From Cyanidioschyzon merolae (taxonomy: Eukaryota): 64,000 bases of DNA. The stretch lies in assembly GCA_000091205.1 (NCBI GenBank), contig AP006493.2; one strand, given 5' to 3'. Each line of letters opens with the position of its first letter. Within the stretch, counting starts at the first letter, position 1. Both the position numbers and the translations under genes were made by a program. The notes under the pieces were generated by a model. That model saw only the letters and a list, made by a program, of their open reading frames with translations, was not told the DNA's origin and did not search any database. Of the stretch, positions 10,697 through 20,015 are shown piece after piece.

Positions 10697-12355
10697 ATGG
10701 CGCTACATAGCAGAAGAGCCTCTGGCGGCCTCGTCTTCTTGCAAAGTACAGGTGATGCAGGCGCTGCGAACGCTACCGAACACGCGCTTTACCTCACGTG
10801 TTCAGCGGGTTCTTGCACCTTGCGTGAGCTTCTCGGTTGGGGTTTGCAGCGACTCGCGCTTCTCCAAGAGCTGAGCGACTCGGAGTTGGAGCCGGCTGAG
10901 GCTGAGGCGCAAATCGAGCGTATGTTACGCTCGCCTGCCTACCGGTTTCTGCAGGAGTACCCTGGAAAGGCCGACGCTTGGTCGCACTTTATTCTGCGAC
11001 TGGCGCTCGGTTCATTTGAGTTCGCGCGAGACTGGTGGATCCAAGCGGAACGGCAACTTTTGCGCTTTCGACTGCGACGACGTGCCCTGAGTTTGCGCAG
11101 CATCGACAGCCTCGTTGCGCTAGCCGAGCAGGTGGCACCACCCGAGCTGCGTGCTGCCCCGCGGCCGCTCTTGGAGGCGGTACCTGGCGAAAAGGCCCCG
11201 AAAGAAGTCTACGATACGTTGCGAGGCGATGGCTATCCGTTGATCCACGAACAGCTCAAAAACCTGGGACACACTGGGACTGGTAACCTGGAGAACATGG
11301 GTCTGCCCATGTTTCGCGTGCCGTTCGAGCTCGTCTTGCAATGGGTACGTCACCGACAACTCTGGCTACAAGCCGGCTACGCCTGGGTACCGGCATTAGC
11401 CGTAAATGAACTCGTCCTCGGGTGGTATGAAATATTCCTGCGCCGAGGTACCGCAACCGCGGAGCAGCACTTCGCGGTGGCGCCCAAAGCAACCCGTCTC
11501 CGTGAGCGCCTGACCCCGATTCTGCTCTACCTGCGAGAACAACACAGTGCTTGGAAGCGAACCCGAATACGCGGCACTGGACGCTTGCACGGCATCGATC
11601 GACCACTGGGTACCGAGTTGCATTTGACGGAGCTCGATACCGCCATTCCGGATATGCCGCTGTGTATGCGACTGCTGCTGGAGCGCTTACGACAATGCGG
11701 ACATCTGCGGCACGGAGGGCGCCTCCAGCTCGGTCTCTTTCTCAAAGAGGCTGGATTCACGCTATCCGACTCGCTCCAGTTCTGGCGAGACGCTCTTCGC
11801 GTCAACAGTAATGGACGACCTATCGCGAATCATGAATTTGAACGCGAGTACGCGTACGGCATTCGCTATAATTACGGCCTCGAGGGCAAACGGAAAAATT
11901 GTCCAGCCTTTAGTTGTGCGCGCATACTAGACATGCGCCCGGGGGCAGGTGAGCACCACGGATGTCCTTTTCAAGAGCTCGCCCAGCCAGCGCTTGAACA
12001 AGCCGTGCGAACGCACTTACGGATCACAGATCCCATGGACATTGAGGAAATAACTCGGTATGCTGCAGCTGGACAGCCACAGCGTGCGTGCGCGGGCTGC
12101 TTACGATCCGGGCTGCAGCATCGCGGTAACCGGTTTGAGGAGGAGGAGGAGCAGCAGCAGCAGCAGCAGCATGAGGCCGGCACTGCTGCTCCATCGGAGA
12201 CACTGACACGGGTTTACGGCGATTCGCAGCGACTATCGATAGCCTCTCTGCGACTTGTCGAGCATCCGAATGAATACTTTGCGCAAATGCGTCTGGCTAG
12301 ACACATGGAGCCGGGGACACCACAGAGCACTGCTCTCGACGGCGTTGCTCATTAG
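10697..12355 (+). CDS. PRIM2: DNA primase large subunit (PriL/p58)
   Basis: Family-diagnostic blocks: HFILRLALGSFE..RDWWIQAERQLLRFRL; HLRHGGRLQLGLFLKEAGFTLSDSLQFW; YAYGIRYNYGLEGKRKNCPAFSCARIL; HHGCPFQ (Fe-S cluster region). Contains an EEEEEQQQQQQ insertion. Confidence 0.85.
   Translation: MALHSRRASGGLVFLQSTGDAGAANATEHALYLTCSAGSCTLRELLGWGLQRLALLQELSDSELEPAEAEAQIERMLRSPAYRFLQEYPGKADAWSHFILRLALGSFEFARDWWIQAERQLLRFRLRRRALSLRSIDSLVALAEQVAPPELRAAPRPLLEAVPGEKAPKEVYDTLRGDGYPLIHEQLKNLGHTGTGNLENMGLPMFRVPFELVLQWVRHRQLWLQAGYAWVPALAVNELVLGWYEIFLRRGTATAEQHFAVAPKATRLRERLTPILLYLREQHSAWKRTRIRGTGRLHGIDRPLGTELHLTELDTAIPDMPLCMRLLLERLRQCGHLRHGGRLQLGLFLKEAGFTLSDSLQFWRDALRVNSNGRPIANHEFEREYAYGIRYNYGLEGKRKNCPAFSCARILDMRPGAGEHHGCPFQELAQPALEQAVRTHLRITDPMDIEEITRYAAAGQPQRACAGCLRSGLQHRGNRFEEEEEQQQQQQHEAGTAAPSETLTRVYGDSQRLSIASLRLVEHPNEYFAQMRLARHMEPGTPQSTALDGVAH
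12137..12171. repeat. (GAG)5(CAG)6 coding trinucleotide repeat inside PRIM2 (poly-Glu/Gln)
   Basis: gaggaggaggaggagcagcagcagcagcagcagcat. Confidence 0.9.
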
Positions 12356-12809
12356 GATACGATATCGCGGGCGCATGATTGCCGGCGCTCGTTTCAAGTA
12401 CGCATTGATCCCTGCTCCCGACCGAGTGGTCGGTACGAACACGAAATCGCGAGCGGGTTATCGCCAGTACTCGTTTCCATTGCATTCGAGCGCAAGTCTT
12501 GCTACGCGCTCAGCCGCAACACGTCGCGTCTAAAGCGTGTTGCCGCGCCAGCAGGCAGCACGGTCCCTGTATGACTCGTCCAGACGCTCTCGGGAAATCG
12601 GGACCCCATCGGAGCGCATCCAACCAAACCGCGCGGACAGCAGGTGGCACTCGCGTTCTCATCAGCTCGTGTGTCCGGCATATGCAGTCCTAGAGACACC
12701 GCCTCAGCTGCAACGGCATCCTCAGACGGCTTGTTCGCGTCGCGGTCCACTATATAGCTGAGCACGCGCCAATGTAGGTCGCTGAATCCCAGGCCAACGA
12801 TGCTCACGT

Positions 12810-15167
12810 TCAGTCCCGCTCGTCGTTCTCGTCCAAATATTTTTCGAGCACCTTTTCTTCGACCTCAAGGACTTGTTCGACCCATTCTTCGAGGACTTCG
12901 TCGTCACCGGGAGCAGCGCCTTCCGCATCCGCTGCGAGCGCATCGGTGATATGGCGCTCGCCCCCGGGGATATGCTTCCATAGCGCTGCACGTTTTTCTG
13001 TCTCCGCTCGATACCGCGCACGGTTGCGTTCCACAAGTTTCTGCCATTCCGCGAGCGCGTCCCGGCGGGCAACTCGAATGTCACGACGTCGATGGGCGCG
13101 CATCGCTGTATCCTCGGCTTCGTACTTGGCACGGTACTGTTTCAGATTCTTGCGTACTTCCCGCTCCTCCTGCTCAGATAGGAACCACTTGGCGGGGCGC
13201 GGGCGCCAGGAAAACTCAAAAAGGTTCTCCATAAAATGGGGCGCACCAAGTTTCCGCCCGTAAAACGTCCAGAGTTGATATCCATGCTCAATACGGGAAG
13301 CGCTCGCATTCACCCAGGTGCACACGAAGCGGCCACTCGGATCCCAGCAGATGTCGGAGCAGGCAAAGTGTTCATCAACGCCCATGAGCTCATGGTCGGC
13401 AACATTCCACCACTCGAGGACGCCTCCCATGCTGCCGAGGCCTGCCAGCAGAACATGCCCCATACCTGTCGGTGACCAGCAGATTCGATTGCACTGCTTC
13501 CGTTCGAGCCTGAACAGGGTCCGTACGGTATCCTTCTGGACCTCGTAGAAAGTCACCATGGGGCGCGTCGAGCCGCTTGCCAGGCCCATGGCACCGGCAA
13601 CGCCTCCAGCAGCGGTTCCGAGCCCGCCCAATGGCGTCGTCGTCGTTGCTGCTGCTGCTGCTGCTGCTGCTGTATTCGGTGGCAAATGTTGCTGATGCAG
13701 AATCGCGAATCGGTCGCTTTTGGGTTCCCACGCAAACGCTAGTACCTTATCGCGTTCGGAGAACTCAAGCGTCTCCACTGGTACGTCTTTTTCATTCACA
13801 CGGAATATTTCAAAGTTTGTGAATCGACCTTTTCTGCTGCGTGTATACCGCTCGACTCTGCAGGCGAGGTACTTGCCCTGCGGGTGCCAGATGAGTTCGA
13901 TATTCGCGACCGAGTACAGGGCTTTCTGTCGCAGTTCGCGGCGGCTTGGCATCTCCAGCAGCAAGACGCGTGCGGGCGACTGGCCCTCCTCGGGCGTCCA
14001 GATGGCCAGGAGGTTCGGCGTGGTGGGTGACCACGCAAACCCGAGCGCAGCCGGAACGCTCACCGGACGATGATCGAGTAGCTCAATCCGATCAGGCAAC
14101 ATCTCAAACACGTGAATGCAGTCCTCTCCGAGTCGCGCCATCATTGTCTCGTCAGCGGAGAACTGCACGAGGGGCCACGGGAAGCGCCCAATATCTGGAG
14201 GCGGCATCCCACGTTCCCGTTCTGTTTCCATACGCTTCCACTCCGCGGACTGCATGGACGCGAGCATTGGGTTCGCTGCATCCGCTCGTGCCCGTTCCTC
14301 AAGAACATCGCTCCAGAGACGCTCCAAGAGGCGCGGCGGCAGACGCAGGGGCGACTCGAAAACCTTTAGGCGGCGACCAGTGCCGGTTTCCCACACGACC
14401 AAGGGCTCTGGCGAGTCCGGGGCATTAAACGTAACTAGATACCGCTCGTTTCCAGAGAAATGTATCAGACGGGGTTGTGGATGCTCGAAGCGTACGATCT
14501 TCTGGAACTCGCTGCCGCCCCAGAGGGCAATGCCCTGCCGATGAAAAGTCGCCAAATAGAGGCCCTGCGGAGACCAGGCTACGTCAGACTCTGTCCAGTT
14601 TGCTCGCTCGTGCTCAAGTTCCGGAGGCAACAGTGGGTCAACCCAGTACACGGCAGTGTCGACGCCCGTGCAGACGACGAACTGATCGCGCCCGCGTGGA
14701 TCCGCCAAGTGTGATAGCAAGTTCGGCCGAGTTTCCATGTGTCGCGCGGTCTCGTCACTCAGCTCCGCAAGCAGCTCTGCTGGTGGCTCAAAAGAAGCAT
14801 CCGGAGGCAGCTGACGCAACCGCTCCACATCGCTAAGAAGACTCACTTGAAAGCGGTGCGCTTTATCGAGCTGAAAACCGTCCGTCTGCTTCCGAGCCCG
14901 CTCTGCCTCTTCTGCAGTAGCATATTCCACGATCCCATAACCCCCGGTCGGCGGAATTTCAAGATACTTGATCACACCCAACGGGGAAAAGATCTTTTGA
15001 ATCACGTTCACGAGTTTCGCGTGTTTGCTTTCCGGGATCACGGGAACGTTTTCGACGACAAGCGTTGAAGCCAGGGCGTCATTGACCGCTCTGTCTACGA
15101 GCGCTTGCTTTGCATTAACTTTGGATGTTTTCCAGGTATCCGCGCCTGATGAAGCAGCGCGCGTCAT
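12810..15167 (-). CDS. EIF3B: Eukaryotic translation initiation factor 3 subunit b (eIF3b/PRT1)
   Basis: N-terminal RRM (VVENVPVIP...GYGIVEYATAEEAERA...DGFQLDKAHRFQV) followed by the WD40 propeller (WTESDVAWSPQGLYLATFHRQGIALWGG..F..RFEHP...YLVTF; VTNFEIFRVNEK; FAWEP). Basic/acidic C-terminal tail. Collinear with known eIF3b over the full 785 aa. Carries a poly-Ala/Thr insertion. Confidence 0.9.
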   Translation of the reverse strand: MTRAASSGADTWKTSKVNAKQALVDRAVNDALASTLVVENVPVIPESKHAKLVNVIQKIFSPLGVIKYLEIPPTGGYGIVEYATAEEAERARKQTDGFQLDKAHRFQVSLLSDVERLRQLPPDASFEPPAELLAELSDETARHMETRPNLLSHLADPRGRDQFVVCTGVDTAVYWVDPLLPPELEHERANWTESDVAWSPQGLYLATFHRQGIALWGGSEFQKIVRFEHPQPRLIHFSGNERYLVTFNAPDSPEPLVVWETGTGRRLKVFESPLRLPPRLLERLWSDVLEERARADAANPMLASMQSAEWKRMETERERGMPPPDIGRFPWPLVQFSADETMMARLGEDCIHVFEMLPDRIELLDHRPVSVPAALGFAWSPTTPNLLAIWTPEEGQSPARVLLLEMPSRRELRQKALYSVANIELIWHPQGKYLACRVERYTRSRKGRFTNFEIFRVNEKDVPVETLEFSERDKVLAFAWEPKSDRFAILHQQHLPPNTAAAAAAAATTTTPLGGLGTAAGGVAGAMGLASGSTRPMVTFYEVQKDTVRTLFRLERKQCNRICWSPTGMGHVLLAGLGSMGGVLEWWNVADHELMGVDEHFACSDICWDPSGRFVCTWVNASASRIEHGYQLWTFYGRKLGAPHFMENLFEFSWRPRPAKWFLSEQEEREVRKNLKQYRAKYEAEDTAMRAHRRRDIRVARRDALAEWQKLVERNRARYRAETEKRAALWKHIPGGERHITDALAADAEGAAPGDDEVLEEWVEQVLEVEEKVLEKYLDENDERD
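13635..13672. repeat. (GCT/GTC)n coding trinucleotide repeat inside eIF3b (poly-Ala/Thr on the coding strand)
   Basis: gtcgtcgtcgttgctgctgctgctgctgctgctgctg. Confidence 0.9.
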
Positions 15168-18100
15168 GGCCTAACCCCAGCAACGAACACGGTGTCTTCG
15201 TAGGCGGCGGGGGTTCGTAGAGGCCCTGCGAGCACGAAAACCTCGACCTGCACGACTGCAGCGTCTGACGTCCGCGCGCGCGCGCGGCGACGGCATCGCG
15301 TGGCTAGCAAGTCGCCGAGGACGATGGTATCGAACACCTCGACACCTTCCAGGTATGAGGTCCAGCGAAACGGATACGCACACGGGCACAGTGCGCTTTC
15401 TGCAGTTACCCACTATGGTGGGTGTCAAGCACAAACCCGCATTGCCAGCCGAAAACAACGCATTCCATGCATGATCACGAAGGAGAGAGGCGGCTCCCAG
15501 GATATATCCTAACAGCCACGTTTCTCCAGCGTGTCGTGCAGCGAAGACAAGCCTGCATCCGCAGACTCGCTGAGCACATACCGACGACGAGACCCAATTC
15601 TACGTCGGATGAAGCACACCTCAAGCCGACGCCCTCTGTGTGGCACTGCAACGCCGTTCTAGCTCGATGAACTATCTGCTCTAGCATGTAAGGTGCAAAG
15701 GCGAATACGGAACTGCAGGTACTAGGCACACTCGATAGGACGTATGAAACGACCAGAATATCCGAGATGAAGTATAGGTAATGTAACTTGGAGGTAGGAT
15801 GTTTGATGGATACTTTACTGTGCACTGAAAAAATAACGCAAAAAAGTAAGAAAAGAATAAAGCGCACAATCGGAGAACGCTGACACAGGTAAACGTTTTT
15901 TCAATGGAGCAAAATCGAACACCTCGAGACAGACGGTTGCACCTGCGAAGACGTGTCAGCAGACACGGAGATTGTCGACGTTATTTTCTGTGTGGGTTGG
16001 TGCTGCTCACGTTCAAGACAGGTGCGATGACTTGGAACCGTGACTGGCTCTGTTCGGGGCATCCGACGGCTGCCGAGTCTACGGTGAACACGCTTAGCCA
16101 GCTGCCAGTGGCGATTACCGGGTACGTAGGCGCGGCGTGGGCGGGCCGGGTGCCTCTGCCTCGGGGCTCTGATCGGACACCGTGGATACTTCGCACAGGT
16201 GGACAGTAACCTGCATATGTAGGCAACGTGAGTCGCTTAGTGGTGTATGTGGTCCGGTCGCTTGCACTCTTGGCTTGTTCATTCGGCGCTACATCGCGGA
16301 AACGTTCGACCGTGGATGCCAGGCCTTGCGTCGTGATTCGCATTGAGCGACCTGATTCGGGCTGACCAGTGACCGAGACGCCGTACCGGAACGGCTGATT
16401 TTACAGTCAGGATGGAAATCGCAAGGTGTCTTGACCTGAGCTTTCGAGTTACGGGGCGTCGAGGCCTTTTTAAGCGGAGTCAAACACATCCTGTGCATGA
16501 GGTAGCGGATTCATAGGCCACACTGTGGATCGGGTCACTGATATGCAATGGTATCGAATCAGGGAACACGATTTTCACCCTCGTATAGAGCAGGAGAATC
16601 GTTTCCGGTCTATACATGCGGCGATGCAGCCTTGCTGGATTCCCGCCTGGACCAATCTTGTGCCTCGCTCCAGCTCGGGAAGCAATGCCTGCTCTCTCCT
16701 GGCCACGGATGATGTTCTTCGTCGACTATCTTCAGCGTTTGAGCACAATCTCCATACGGTGCTCCCAACGAGTTGCAGGATTGTTTGCTCGACACAAAGC
16801 CGATGGATACTCCGGGCGCACGCCACACCTCCAGATATTGATTGATTGTGCTCAGGTAGCAGTGCAGAAACCGCTTACTCGCGTGCTCGCTGATGGAATC
16901 GCAATATAACTGACATTCGATCAGCTTCAAGTACAAGAATCTCTTGTAGCCCGACTCTGGTTTACGCGCTTCTCCTCTCTAACGGATTACGCGCGCATTC
17001 GTGCTCATCATGTGTGTATGTCGTGCGAGACGCATTGATAGGCTTGCAAGCAATCGATTCCTGCGCGCACTCAACGCTGTCGCCGAAGAGACAGGAGTGC
17101 AGTCCTTTCGCGCTCCAGCACGTCCGGTGCTGTGGGCCTGCACCTAACAACGGGACGTTTCGCTTATGTCGCCTTCCGACTCCGTGCTCAGGTTGGTGGA
17201 TGCAGGCCTCTGGCCTCTGGACGCCCGAAACCTTTGCCGACCCCCATGTGGTCTCTTACGGTCCTGCCCGAGGTCGTGCGCGTGAGCGATCTCCACGTTC
17301 ATGGGCGCTGTGCGTGAAGCGTAGAATCCCCTCCATCAGTCTCCATTTTTCGGGCTAGATACATGAGGGTACAACGCGTATAACGCACCCAGGGAGCTTG
17401 TCATGTAGCGCTCGATATTGACCCGCACATAGGTTTGGAGTATGTTTGGATGCATTTTAGCAGATGCGCTGTCGATTTTTTCGAAGCTTACGTTGTGCAG
17501 CGGCGTATCAAGGTAGCCCAGGAAGCACATGTGCGAATCTCTGATCCTACTTTTCGACCGTATTCGCCTCCTGTCCCGATTATCAGTTATTTCGCCGCAC
17601 GAAGGTTTGATCAAAACAAAATTTCAGAGGAATCTGGACAACTGGCAGCGCAGCGTCTGAAACTCCAGTGAACAATTGTTCGACGAGGTGCATCACGTCG
17701 AGGCAATCTAGACGAACCTTCTTCGAGTACCAAGCTACGTGTTCCTTCATGGTGTTCGAAGTCGCTCGTTTTGGAAGCTTCTCCCCGGTGACGTGTTCGT
17801 GTTCCGGAGTGATGCTCATGTCAGGCAAATTTCCCTTCCTGTCATTCGTTGTCCTCTTCTCTGGATTCTCTTGCTCTGTTTTGTCTGGTGGTTTCTTCTC
17901 CCTCTCCTTGCTCGCCTTCTATTCTACTAGGCGGCGTGGCATAGACGTGGTCGATTGACTCCACACGCGCTTTTTTTTTCTGGGCTCAGACGTGCTGAAT
18001 GACCGCTGAGCCCGAAGATCGCTTTTGGATGGATGTATGCATGCATGCAGCTGCCATTTCTGAAGTAAATTTTCTTCAGCTTTTCCGTCGCGAGCGCTCC

Positions 18101-20015
18101 TGCCTTCTATATATCGTGCACGAGCAGAGGAGCAATACGAAAGCTCAGGGCTGATGGAGGCTGGAAACGACTCGTCGGATAGCGGTATCACGGATGCATG
18201 CGACTTGGACGTGGATTCGTGAGCGTTGCAATGAAGTTGGGCGAGAGATAAAACGCCTTCGACTCGATTGACACTGGACAAATACACTTGCACGAAGAGC
18301 ACCTCAACGCCGATCTCAACTGCGTGCTCTTTCACCGATTTCGGATGATCCAAATCAACGTTGTCTAACTGCGAAGGAGAAGCCGCCGAGTGTGCTTCGA
18401 CGAAGAATGGAGTGGTGCAGGATCCTGTGCCTTTGGCGGCTCGAAGGCGACCGCACGATAGCATCGTCGCTAGAGCGCATACCATTGGCATGCTCGGTTG
18501 TCTCTCCTGAGCGGACGCCGGTTTGCCGCTCTTCGAGTACCCATACACAGGTTTACTGTATCTCCCGAATCATCGCTCGTCAAGTGAGACAAATGCCTCT
18601 GTACCATTTGTCGTACGCGTTCACGTTTCAGTGCGAACTCGATGCTCCATGTTGCCCAGCATGCGACTGACTAAAATTGAGGCACGCTTGTTTCATCGTC
18701 TATTCTGTGTGTATTTATCAACGTGCGTACCAAAGAATCGGAAATTTCATATCGTCGAGCGTCTGGGGTAGTATTTCTGGGATATCCCACCGGATGGAGC
18801 ACATTGACGACGACGCTTTCGTACAGATAGAGTCTGATGTGTTCTCCTTTGAATACATGGCGTTCAGGGTACGGACGACGAGAAGCGTGATTCACGTGCT
18901 TGCGACCCATGGAGTGACCGACTAGGACAAGGTAGCTCGTGCATCTCTGGCGATTATTTACAGCATAAAGTCTTTTCGAGACCTATCTTATATCTATAGG
19001 ATACAGTTCCGTTCTTAAATGCATGCACGACTATGAAGCAAAAAAAGGCATGGTGGTATCCGTGTTCCGGAATGCAGTGCACGGCGTAGAACCGCAGTTT
19101 CCTCCTTTTTCGTTTTTGCAATCGAAGAACGCCCCATCATTTCACCGGCAAGTTCCGTGCTCTGCAGCATTCCCTGCCGAGCTCTGTATGCGATGCCCGA
19201 ACCTCATGGTTAGCACTTCGAATGCACAAGTGCAGCGCCATGCCAAACCTAGGCAACCGGCCAGGCATGCACTGCCTCGCGCCAGCTGCATGCGTCCATC
19301 GCCCGGCACCTTCTACCTTCCAGGTGGAAAGTTCCGCGATCCGCATGAAAAATCCGACCCACTTTTTCGTACGCCTCTTCACGAGACGTTGCGGAGCAGG
19401 TGCTAGCGTCACGAAACGGGGACGAGTTTCACATATGGTAGCAAAGGCGAGACTCGGTCCCTGGGGTGCTCGCCAACGACCAAGCTTCTCCAACGCGTCG
19501 TAACGCGAACACAGACCTCGGCAAGCAGACTCTCTATACTCAAATCAAAGACGATGCGTCCCGAACCCGACTCGGTTGACCCATACCTCGATTCGACGCC
19601 CGCAGTAGTATACCAGAGCCGCTCTGCTTCCGTGCTGCGTCCGCAGCGGCACCGCTAGAGACGCAGTTGCGGACGCTCAAGACAAGCTCTGCGTACTCAG
19701 GTACCTATACAGTGGCCAGTGCGTCCGACGAGACGGACTAGCAACGGATTCTGGAGTCGGGATATGGGATGTTGGACGCTCTCCCGACCGTTGATATCAA
19801 GTGCCTATGCGCGGATACCTGCTCTTTCTACGAAAATGCGCTGAAAAAATCGCGACGCGCCCTGACTAGAACGTCGTCGGCTGAACGCCCATTGCCGGTG
19901 AAGTGCGGAATCCTGCTACTGCTACTACTGCTTCTGGACACAGTGTTCGTGCTGGTGTCAGGCTGCGTGGGGACGCAAAAGCACGCTGCAGACGGTACTA
20001 TTCGTCTCTTGGTCA

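Noticed and set aside
12946-14836. Multiple + strand ORFs (for example 13946-14428 at 160 aa, 14116-14544 at 142 aa) inside the eIF3b gene
   Set aside because: Antisense to a full-length, collinear eIF3b ORF. Arg/Pro/Ala-rich with no domain similarity.
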